Source: Promethearchaeota archaeon (GTDB taxonomy: Archaea > Asgardarchaeota > Lokiarchaeia > Sigyniarchaeales > SOKP01). Taken from it: a stretch of 20,620 nucleotides of DNA. Shown here piece by piece: positions 8,150-16,088 of this stretch (position 1 is the first letter of the stretch; each line of letters begins with the position of its first letter). A program made the position numbers and the translations under genes. The DNA is taken from positions 1 through 20,620 of the forward strand of contig JAEOTS010000168.1 of the NCBI GenBank assembly GCA_016839745.1, written 5' to 3'. Under the pieces are notes generated by a model. That model ran no database searches, was not told where the DNA came from, and saw nothing but the letters and a program-made list of their open reading frames with translations.

Positions 8150-9316
8150 ATGAGATATAAAATCGAAAGTATTGAGCTAACTCCTCTCCATGTTCCATTC
8201 AAAGATTATGTAATAAAAGCAATGAAAGAGTCTGAGGGGGGTCTTGGTATGGCAATTGCTGCTGAAGAGGCTTGGCTAGGAGGAGATTTTGTCATAATTC
8301 AATTAAAATGTAATAATGGAAGTATTGGATTAGGTGAATCGTTTGTCTGGTTACCTGAAACAGGAGTATCTCCATATCAGATTATTGATACAGTTAAAAA
8401 TGTATTAGCAAAATATGTCATAGGTGAAAACCCATTTAATATAAGAAGAATAAATTATCGAATGGATGTTAATCTAGCTCGTAATGAGGTTTCGAAAGGA
8501 TTAATAGATATGGCTTTATATGATCTTATTGGAACTATTAAAGAAATACCTGCTTGTTATTTAATGGGCGGAAAAATGACGGAGGAAATCCCATTATCAG
8601 CTTTAATTCCAATTGGTAGTCCAATGTTAATGAAAGGGCTGGTTCGGTCATACTATAAAAAAGGATTTCGTACTTTTAGATTAAAACTTGGAAAGAGTAT
8701 TGAAAAAGATAAAGAGGTAGTCCAATCGATTCGAGATGCTTTAGGAAATGATGTTCATTTACGTGTAGATTATAATCAGGCCTATACACCTCAAAACGCC
8801 ATTCGTGCTATTAAAGCAATAGAACCTTACGGTATAGACTTTGCAGAACAACCAGTGAAAGCCAATGATTATTTAGGAATGGCTTATGTACAGAAAAAGG
8901 TAGATACACCCTTAATGGCTCATGAAGGTTTTTTTTCCTTGAGGGATTTTATCGCTTTAGTAGAATTAAATGCTGTAAGGGTTTTAGGAATTAATTCTGA
9001 AAGACCTGGAGGAGTGACTAATGCATTAAGCGCAATAGAATATGCAAAAATGCGGGGTTTAGGCGTAGTAATACATAATCAACCATTAGGAATTGCCTCA
9101 GCTATGCATATCCATCTCCATACTGCTAAATACGACTCTATTGATTATGCTACGGAACTTTTTGGGCAGGAAATGCTTAAGGATGATTTAATTACGTTCC
9201 CAATTGATTATAACAAAGGTTTTGCTAAAGTTCCGAAGGGCTCTGGATGGGGGGTTAAACTTGATTCAGCTGCTTTAAACAGATTTGCGACAGCAGAAAC
9301 AATTGTTATAGATTAA
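8150..9316 (+). CDS. Enolase superfamily enzyme (mandelate racemase/muconate lactonizing enzyme-like) with an atypical active site
   Basis: N-terminal G.GE and IDMALYDL.G…L.GG; barrel motifs RLKLG, RVDYNQ, FAEQP and VPKGSGWGV. Confidence 0.85.
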   Translation: MRYKIESIELTPLHVPFKDYVIKAMKESEGGLGMAIAAEEAWLGGDFVIIQLKCNNGSIGLGESFVWLPETGVSPYQIIDTVKNVLAKYVIGENPFNIRRINYRMDVNLARNEVSKGLIDMALYDLIGTIKEIPACYLMGGKMTEEIPLSALIPIGSPMLMKGLVRSYYKKGFRTFRLKLGKSIEKDKEVVQSIRDALGNDVHLRVDYNQAYTPQNAIRAIKAIEPYGIDFAEQPVKANDYLGMAYVQKKVDTPLMAHEGFFSLRDFIALVELNAVRVLGINSERPGGVTNALSAIEYAKMRGLGVVIHNQPLGIASAMHIHLHTAKYDSIDYATELFGQEMLKDDLITFPIDYNKGFAKVPKGSGWGVKLDSAALNRFATAETIVID

Positions 9317-9519
9317 CGCAAAGAAAAAAATTTATTTAATCAAAAGTTATAGATTTCTAGTATTCTTTCCAATTATACTTAATTATATATTATAATTTAA
9401 GGATAGTCTTTCTAAAATTTGCCATTTTTTTTAAGATTACGCATATTATTCATACTAACAAGAATAATCTGTTAAAAAAGGTTATTTCAGATATCTTTAT
9501 ACTACATTTAATTGAGGAG

Positions 9520-10494
9520 TTGATTGAGATTTTTAAAAACATCAAAAATGCTTATAAGATATTATCTCATGTAGCAAATATCACACCTATAATGACGAGT
9601 AGAACGTTAGATTCGATTACGGGAGCTAAACGAGTGCTTGTAAAATGCGAAAATTTTCAGCGTACGGGATCGTTTAAGTTTAGGGGTGCGTGGAACTGCA
9701 TCAGCCGTATACCATCGGAAGAAAAGGAAAAAGGAATTATTGCGCACTCATCAGGGAATTTTGCTCAAGCTGTCGCTTTAGTAGCAACAATTTTGAAAAT
9801 TAAAGCTACAATCGTTATGCCTAATAACGCAACTCCTACGAAAATTCAAGCTACAAGAGGATATGGTGCAGAAGTTATTTTATGCGGAAGTAATCCAGGT
9901 GATCGTGCTAAAATGACAGAAGAATTAATACAAGAACGTGAGTATAGGTTAGTACACCCTTTTGATGATTATGATGTCATTTTTGGTGCTGGTACGACTG
10001 CTTTTGAGTTGATGAGCTCCATAAAACCTATTGATTTATTGCTTGTTCCAATAGGAGGTGGTGGTTTAATTAGTGGGTGTTCGATAGCAGCAAAAGGTCT
10101 AGACCCAAGAGTAAAAGTTATTGGTATTGAGCCCAAAAATGCTGACGATGCATTTCGGTCGTATCAATTAGGTAAACGGGTACCTGTAGAAAACCTTAAT
10201 ACTATAGCCGATGGGTTGAGAACCTCCGTAGGAAAATTAACTTTCCCGATAATCCAAAAATATGTTGACAATATTATTACGGTTACTGAAGAACAAATTA
10301 TTGACGCTATGAAATTTTATTGGGAGCGTATGAAAATTGTCGTAGAACCTTCCGGAGCAGTCCCTTTAGCAGGACTATTATCTGGTAATATCGATCCTTC
10401 GTTGATCAAAAATAAAAGAATTGGTACTATCATAAGTGGAGGGAATATCGATTTGTCAGATTTTTTCACATCTTTGAAGCAAAAATTTAATTAA
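9520..10494 (+). CDS. PLP-dependent serine/threonine dehydratase, serine racemase-like (fold type II, no regulatory ACT domain)
   Basis: KCENFQRTGSFKFRGA (PLP Lys), HSSGN, PIGGGGL, EPKNADD, TIADGL, VVEPSGA and SGGN motifs. TTG start; exact start uncertain. Confidence 0.88.
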   Translation: MIEIFKNIKNAYKILSHVANITPIMTSRTLDSITGAKRVLVKCENFQRTGSFKFRGAWNCISRIPSEEKEKGIIAHSSGNFAQAVALVATILKIKATIVMPNNATPTKIQATRGYGAEVILCGSNPGDRAKMTEELIQEREYRLVHPFDDYDVIFGAGTTAFELMSSIKPIDLLLVPIGGGGLISGCSIAAKGLDPRVKVIGIEPKNADDAFRSYQLGKRVPVENLNTIADGLRTSVGKLTFPIIQKYVDNIITVTEEQIIDAMKFYWERMKIVVEPSGAVPLAGLLSGNIDPSLIKNKRIGTIISGGNIDLSDFFTSLKQKFN

Positions 10495-10513
10495 CTAAAT
10501 TTGACGATAAATA

Positions 10514-11293
10514 ATGGAATGTAAACTTAAGAATGCAACAATATATTATAAGTCCTATGGCGAAGGCTTACCAATTATAAATCTGCATGGATTTACGCTC
10601 GATCATCGTATAGTTGAAGGATGCATGGAACCTATTTTTAATAAAAGGAATGGTTATAAACGTATCTATTTCGATTTACCAGGAATGGGAAAAACTAAAG
10701 CTGAATCTTGGATAAAGAACTCAAACCAAATGCTCGATTTGTGTATTGAATTTATAAAAAGAATAATCCCTAAGCAGAGATTTTTAATCGTAAGTGAATC
10801 CTACGGTAGTTATTTAGCTCGGGGTATTATTTATAAGTATCCTAAATATGTTGAAGGCGCACTATTCATTTGCCCAGTTATTAAAGCTGAACAAAACAAG
10901 CGTTCTCTTCCAAAAAAAGACTTACTAATTGCTCAACCGAATATACAAATGTCGAAGCGATATAAGGAGGAGATTCAACCCGCAATAGATATTGCAAATA
11001 CTACTTTCTTAAACGAGTTTGCCAAACGAGGCTATCCCTTTTCGTTTGATGTAGATGAGAAAATAAGAAAGTTCGAGAAACCTTCGCTTTTTTTATTAGG
11101 TAGACAAGATTCAGCAGTTGGCTATCGAGACGCTTGGAATGTGATAGAAAAATACCCTTTTGCCACCTTTGCGATATTAGACCAAGCAAGTCATAATCTA
11201 CAGTTAGAGCAAGAAGAATTATTTAATTATCTAGTGAATGAATGGTTAGGTCGAATTGAATCTTCTCTTTCAAGTAAAATAAGCACAAAATAA
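10514..11293 (+). CDS. Alpha/beta fold hydrolase
   Basis: YGEG.P…LHG, DLPGMG, nucleophile elbow SESYG, GRQD and ASHNL motifs. Starts 19 bp after the PLP enzyme. Confidence 0.82.
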   Translation: MECKLKNATIYYKSYGEGLPIINLHGFTLDHRIVEGCMEPIFNKRNGYKRIYFDLPGMGKTKAESWIKNSNQMLDLCIEFIKRIIPKQRFLIVSESYGSYLARGIIYKYPKYVEGALFICPVIKAEQNKRSLPKKDLLIAQPNIQMSKRYKEEIQPAIDIANTTFLNEFAKRGYPFSFDVDEKIRKFEKPSLFLLGRQDSAVGYRDAWNVIEKYPFATFAILDQASHNLQLEQEELFNYLVNEWLGRIESSLSSKISTK

Positions 11294-11304
11294 AAAAAAT
11301 AAAA

Positions 11305-11664
11305 TTAATCGTCGATATTAGGAATATTTTTAAGACGACTAAAATCGCCATTAGTAGCTTGAACGAGCAATTCTACTGCGTTATCCCATATAGTTTCGAG
11401 AATTTTTGCGATCTTTTGAAAGTCCTCTTCTTCTTGAAATTTTAGAGTAATAATTTGCGTTTCATTGTCAATATCTATTTCCATAGAGATTTCTTCACTC
11501 AAGCCTCCATACATATTTAACATTGTAATAATTTCTTCAGGTTCAGCAATAATGCCCTCGATGTCTTTTTTAACAGTAATTAAAATAACAAAATTGGACG
11601 CGTCTAACTCTATATCTATCGTTTCCTTCAATATACTTTTTAAATGTGGTAATAATTCTTCCAT
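11305..11664 (-). CDS. Hypothetical acidic protein (119 aa)
   Basis: ATG start with an AGGTGA SD-like site upstream; 10 bp from the CocE gene; protein-like composition. Confidence 0.7.
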   Translation of the reverse strand: MEELLPHLKSILKETIDIELDASNFVILITVKKDIEGIIAEPEEIITMLNMYGGLSEEISMEIDIDNETQIITLKFQEEEDFQKIAKILETIWDNAVELLVQATNGDFSRLKNIPNIDD

Positions 11665-11670
11665 TTTTAA

Positions 11671-11676
11671 TCACCT
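11671..11676 (-). promoter_or_regulatory. Archaeal Shine-Dalgarno-like site (AGGTGA) overlapping the CocE stop codon
   Basis: tcacct on the + strand, 6 nt from the ATG at 11664; suggests translational coupling. Confidence 0.55.
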
Positions 11677-13504
11677 ATTTATTCTCATTTTTAATAATTG
11701 GAATATCAATATAAGAAGAATGAGTATTATTTCTTGAAATCCTAATTGTTGGTTTTCCCTCAGATGGATATCGTAGAAAGGTATCTTTATCTGCGCCCGC
11801 TATAGCAACTTTAATTCTGTGCCCTTTTTTAATAAGAATCGATGTTGCGTGCAATCCGAACTTAACTTCTGTTATTTCTCCGGGGATAAGAGGAGCAGAA
11901 TCTTCTTTTTTATAACTATGATATGGAATTAAAATCTTGTATGGAGGATCTTCAGACAAGATTTTTCTATGTATCACTCGAAATTCTCCGTCAGTTACGT
12001 AAGTTATCTTCCCATTTTCGTCCACATCCTCAAAGTAAGCAAAAATTGCTCCATCTTCATGTGTTGAAGCAAAATATAGACATATTACTATTTGCCCAGT
12101 TATCTCAGTGTCTTCTTCAAGTGGTTCGCTAGTATAGCATAATAATTTTTCGTCGACTTTAACTCTGTTCTCGTATGTTATTGGAAGCCCTAATAATGCC
12201 CACCATCGATTATTTCTCCCTGTTGTAGCACGAAAATTGATTCTATATGAATCGTCTCCACTAGCACTCTCAGGTTTCTCTCTTGTTAACGAAAAATTTT
12301 CGGAAAAATACCATTTTTGATAATTATGTCCTACGGGAGGCCAAACATTAGATTTTTTCCACTTTTCTTCGACTAATGTGTAATAATATATTACTTTTCC
12401 TTGTATTCCATCGCCAAATATGCATTTATCAAAGAAATTAATCCAAGCATTCACTTTATCTTTAGGCGTCGGAGTAACTGAAGTTCGATTAGGAAAAAAT
12501 TGGTTTGCTGGTAAGCGTGCTCCGTGAGTCCAATCACCTAAAATAGCAATATGGGGATTAGATATATTCATAAACCTATGAATAATAGCGTCTCCATAGC
12601 CAGAATCTAGCCACGAGCACCAAGCTAAAATTGGTAAATTGGATCGTTCGATCTCGTCTTTTCGGTCGAAAATACTGAAATCATCAAACGAGGAACCATC
12701 TAGTATTTGATCGTCCCTAAAATGTTCTTCGATCATATGCTCATAGACATATTGATTAGAACCATGTTCTTCCACTGCTTTGTTCAACATTTTTAAATCT
12801 TTATCTGTTGCTACTGGTTCTACACCTTTTACAACGAGCCAAGCGTCTGGCATTATCTGCCTAAAAACTTTAGGGTTATTCAAATCTAAGTTTTTACCGA
12901 GAAATGACCACAATTGAATAAATGCATGATCAAAACATCCGCCTGGGAATGCTACATCTGTATATGGATCCCAAAATCCGTGTCCGGGTATAACAGCTTT
13001 TATGGCTGGATGAAGGTTCCTCGCAAATAACTCAGCGGTAGTTCCGGTATAGGAAATACCTTTAGAAACAACATTTCCATCGGACCAAGGTTGAGCGATA
13101 ATCCAATTTACAATATCGTAACCATCTTTAACTTCCTCTTCAGAAAAAGGAGTAATTCTTGAACCTGATGACGCTCCAGTCCCTCTAACATCGGTGTAAA
13201 TGAGAGCGTACCCTCTACTTGTTACAACTTCTGGACTCGGAGCGTTTGGCACCATACTATCAAGAATCCATCTAAATGGAATTCGCAATTCCATCGCTCT
13301 CCAATATCTCGTTTGAGTTATTACAGTAGGAATTTTAGCGCTTGGATATAATCCTTTAGGGAGACAAATGGTAGCAGCTATTTTAACGCCATCTCTTACA
13401 GTAATATATGTTGAATCAATGGTATATCCATCTTTATATTTTTTTTCTGGAATTTCTCCCAATTCCTTAAAAGGATTATTTTCTATAGCATTTGGATCTG
13501 TCAT
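11675..13504 (-). CDS. CocE/NonD family serine hydrolase (peptidase S15-like)
   Basis: RDGVKIA…LP, TRY, DVRGTGASSG, WIIAQPWSDG, nucleophile GISYTG, GDWTH and a C-terminal PepX_C-like region (YTSEPLEED.EITG, KKGHRI). Confidence 0.9.
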   Translation of the reverse strand: MTDPNAIENNPFKELGEIPEKKYKDGYTIDSTYITVRDGVKIAATICLPKGLYPSAKIPTVITQTRYWRAMELRIPFRWILDSMVPNAPSPEVVTSRGYALIYTDVRGTGASSGSRITPFSEEEVKDGYDIVNWIIAQPWSDGNVVSKGISYTGTTAELFARNLHPAIKAVIPGHGFWDPYTDVAFPGGCFDHAFIQLWSFLGKNLDLNNPKVFRQIMPDAWLVVKGVEPVATDKDLKMLNKAVEEHGSNQYVYEHMIEEHFRDDQILDGSSFDDFSIFDRKDEIERSNLPILAWCSWLDSGYGDAIIHRFMNISNPHIAILGDWTHGARLPANQFFPNRTSVTPTPKDKVNAWINFFDKCIFGDGIQGKVIYYYTLVEEKWKKSNVWPPVGHNYQKWYFSENFSLTREKPESASGDDSYRINFRATTGRNNRWWALLGLPITYENRVKVDEKLLCYTSEPLEEDTEITGQIVICLYFASTHEDGAIFAYFEDVDENGKITYVTDGEFRVIHRKILSEDPPYKILIPYHSYKKEDSAPLIPGEITEVKFGLHATSILIKKGHRIKVAIAGADKDTFLRYPSEGKPTIRISRNNTHSSYIDIPIIKNENK

Positions 13505-13625
13505 TTTTCTGTTAACATTTTTTTTTGAATTAATTTAATTTAGATCTTAGAGTTTTTATAGTTTTTATAAAAATTGGATGGTTTCAACAGAAATCGCCTT
13601 AAAGGTTCTTCAAACATCCTAAGCC

Positions 13626-13637
13626 AAAAGAGAACGA
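13626..13637 (-). terminator. Pyrimidine-rich 3' motif TCGTTCTCTTTT downstream of 7TM A
   Basis: Identical 12-mer at 14478-14489 downstream of 7TM B, at almost the same distance from the stop. Confidence 0.4.
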
Positions 13638-13649
13638 TAAACCTTGTTT

Positions 13650-14372
13650 TCATTCTAACTCCTTGCCGAAACTCTTGTAGATTAAATATGCGGCAATGGT
13701 GGAAGTTACTGGCATTATCAGAGAAGCAATTGTCCGGTATATCTGGTTGTCAACCAAAGTATGATATAAGAATACTGAAAAAACTACGCCGAGTTCTAGA
13801 AATACGCTAGCTAAAAACATATTAATCCTACGTTTTAGGATAATGCCTTCAAATACTTTTAATAGCTTTAACGAATAATATATTTGGGGTATAAGCAAAA
13901 AGATTAACAAGAATACCCAGCTAAAAATGGAAAAAAACCAATTATAAGTGGGTATCCAGTTTGTACTCGAATCATATTTTATCCCATTGAAGTAAAATCC
14001 AATCAAAAACACATAAGTTGATATGACTCCATAAAATGTAATGATTAGATGAAATTTCCAATAAGCTGATTTCTTATCGAGCTTAACAAGCACCCAACTA
14101 AAAATAACAAAAAAACAATGGCAAAAAACATAGAAATATATTCCAATTATATATGAAATGTATGCGAAAGGAGTATTCAGAACAAAAATTGAAGTGGTAG
14201 CAAAGATATATGTGATAGAATTCAAAATAAAGAGACTACTCAGAGTATAAGTTGACCTATTTTTAGCTCTCTTCAGTAATTTGTAAGCAAAATAAGAGCC
14301 ATAAAATATTGGCCATACTTGAACTATTAATAAAAAGATAATTCTTTGAGTGAGAATGCTTTGAAGTAGCAA
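13650..14372 (-). CDS. Stand-alone 7TM membrane protein, paralogue A (240 aa)
   Basis: Seven hydrophobic segments; colinear without gaps with the next two ORFs. TTG start at the position of the paralogues' ATG. Confidence 0.8.
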   Translation of the reverse strand: MLLQSILTQRIIFLLIVQVWPIFYGSYFAYKLLKRAKNRSTYTLSSLFILNSITYIFATTSIFVLNTPFAYISYIIGIYFYVFCHCFFVIFSWVLVKLDKKSAYWKFHLIITFYGVISTYVFLIGFYFNGIKYDSSTNWIPTYNWFFSIFSWVFLLIFLLIPQIYYSLKLLKVFEGIILKRRINMFLASVFLELGVVFSVFLYHTLVDNQIYRTIASLIMPVTSTIAAYLIYKSFGKELE

Positions 14373-14477
14373 TTTGGCTCATTTTTATTTTTTTAACCTA
14401 TTAGTTAAAAATTAACGCTTTTAATATTTAAATTCTAATTTTAAATAACACTAAGATTTAAAAATTCATCATTACCT

Positions 14478-14489
14478 AAAAGAGAACGA
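14478..14489 (-). terminator. Pyrimidine-rich 3' motif TCGTTCTCTTTT downstream of 7TM B
   Basis: Identical to 13626-13637. Confidence 0.4.
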
Positions 14490-14502
14490 GTAATCATCTT
14501 TT

Positions 14503-15225
14503 TCATTTTAACTCTTTTATAAAACTTTTATAGATTAGAAATGCGGATATAGGTGAGACTAAAATCACTAACGACATGTAGAATGCCCCGAATAATGGAT
14601 TATCAATCAAAACACGATATAAAAAGAATGTAAAAACCACTACGAGTTCTATAAATGTGCAAATTATAAACATTTTAATCCTACGTTTTAGGATGACTCC
14701 TTCAAATATTTTTAAAAGCTTAAATGAAAAATAAATTTGGGGTATAATTAAAAAGGCTACTAAAAAAGCCCAACTGAAAATGAGAAAAAACCAGCTAAAG
14801 CGAGGTACCCAATTTGTAGTCGAATTATATAATATCCCATTGAAGAAAAACCCTATCCAGAAAACATAAGTAGATATGATTCCATAAAGAATAATGGTTA
14901 AAGAAAACTTCCAATTAGGAGATTTCTCGTCAAGCTTTACAAGCACCCAACTAAAAATAATAAAAAAGCAATGATCAAAAAACAAAAAATACACTGCTAA
15001 TATATAAAAGAAGTATGCCATGGGAGTAAATAGAAACAAAATTGAAAGATTAGCAAGGACATCTGTGAGAGCAAATAAAATAAAGAAACTACTCAGGGTA
15101 TATATTGACCTATTTTTAGCTCGCTTAAGCAATTTGTAGGCGAAATAAGAGCAATAAAATATTGGCCAAATTTGAATAATTAATACAAAGATAATTCTTT
15201 GAGTAAAAATGGTTTGAAGTAGCAT
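14503..15225 (-). CDS. Stand-alone 7TM membrane protein, paralogue B (240 aa)
   Basis: Same length and motifs (WPIFY, YKLLKRAK, FSWVLVKLD, IPQIY, KRRI.MF, YKSF.KEL). Confidence 0.82.
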   Translation of the reverse strand: MLLQTIFTQRIIFVLIIQIWPIFYCSYFAYKLLKRAKNRSIYTLSSFFILFALTDVLANLSILFLFTPMAYFFYILAVYFLFFDHCFFIIFSWVLVKLDEKSPNWKFSLTIILYGIISTYVFWIGFFFNGILYNSTTNWVPRFSWFFLIFSWAFLVAFLIIPQIYFSFKLLKIFEGVILKRRIKMFIICTFIELVVVFTFFLYRVLIDNPLFGAFYMSLVILVSPISAFLIYKSFIKELK

Positions 15226-15253
15226 TGTGTCTATTTTGTTTATTTTAAGTATA

Positions 15254-15271
15254 TATACTTTAAAGTTAACT
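15254..15271 (-). promoter_or_regulatory. Conserved upstream element of 7TM paralogue B (TATA-like TTTAAA within palindrome ACTTTAAAGT)
   Basis: tatactttaaagttaact is identical to 16026-16043; TTTAAA lies 34-39 nt upstream of the ATG. Confidence 0.6.
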
Positions 15272-15277
15272 TGTTTT

Positions 15278-16000
15278 TTAATCTAACTCTTTACCGAAAC
15301 TCTTATAGAGTAAATAGGCGGCTATTGTTGAAGTTTCTGGCACTAACATAATGAAGATTAGCCTAAAAATCTCATTATCCACCCAGGTGTTATATAAGAA
15401 TAGTGAAAAAACCACGGAAAGTTCTAGGAATGCGCTAATTATAAACATGTTAATCCTGCGCCTTAGTTTAGCTCCTTCAAATATTTTGTAAAGTTTAAAA
15501 GAATAGTATATTTGTGGTATTAGTAAAAAGATTACTAAAAAAACCCAAGCAAAGATGAGAAATGACAAGCTATAAGTAGGTATCCAAGAGGTACTCGAAT
15601 CATACTTTATCCCTTCGAAGAAAAACCCAATCAATAAAACGAATGTTGAAATGATACCATAAAAGGTAATAATTAAATGAAATTTCCAATAAGGAGATTT
15701 CTCATCAAGTTTTACAAGCACCCAACTAAAAATAATGAAAAAACAATGGCTGAAAACGAAAAAATATATCCCAAATATATAAAAAAAGTATGCGAGGGGC
15801 GTATCAAAAAAGAAAATTGAGAAAGTAGCAAGGAAATATGTGAGAGAAATTAAAAGAAAGAAGCTACTCAGAGTTAAAGTCGATCTACTTTTAGCTCGTT
15901 TAAGTAATTTATAAGCGAAATATGAGCAGTAAAAAATAGGCCAAATTTGAACAAGCAAAATGATGATTATTCTTTGAGTAAGAACTTCTTGGAGTAGCAT
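15278..16000 (-). CDS. Stand-alone 7TM membrane protein, paralogue C (240 aa)
   Basis: Same length and motifs as A and B. Confidence 0.82.
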   Translation of the reverse strand: MLLQEVLTQRIIIILLVQIWPIFYCSYFAYKLLKRAKSRSTLTLSSFFLLISLTYFLATFSIFFFDTPLAYFFYIFGIYFFVFSHCFFIIFSWVLVKLDEKSPYWKFHLIITFYGIISTFVLLIGFFFEGIKYDSSTSWIPTYSLSFLIFAWVFLVIFLLIPQIYYSFKLYKIFEGAKLRRRINMFIISAFLELSVVFSLFLYNTWVDNEIFRLIFIMLVPETSTIAAYLLYKSFGKELD

Positions 16001-16025
16001 TTTGCCTATAATAATTTTAAATATG

Positions 16026-16043
16026 TATACTTTAAAGTTAACT
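16026..16043 (-). promoter_or_regulatory. Conserved upstream element of 7TM paralogue C
   Basis: Identical 18-mer; TTTAAA lies 31-36 nt upstream of the ATG. Confidence 0.6.
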
Positions 16044-16088
16044 CTTTTAGGATTATAAAGAATTTGTTTTTAAAATTAAAGGTATTCC

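Larger units (their letters stand above)
13626..16043 (-). repeat. Tandem triplication of the 7TM gene unit, including flanking non-coding motifs
   Basis: Three 723-bp CDSs; shared nucleotide blocks (e.g. acaagcacccaactaaaaataa in all three); shared upstream 18-mer (B, C) and downstream 12-mer (A, B). Confidence 0.85.

Noticed and set aside
13650-16000. 7TM proteins as microbial rhodopsins, schizorhodopsins or heliorhodopsins
   Set aside because: No retinal-binding Lys in mid-TM7 (no DxxxK or SxxxK; K233 is at the cytoplasmic boundary) and no RY.DW-like TM3 motif.
13650-16000. Calling them bona fide GPCRs
   Set aside because: No DRY, CWxP or NPxxY motifs and no ECL2 Cys for the conserved disulfide. 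Only the topology is similar, so homology cannot be claimed without structural comparison.
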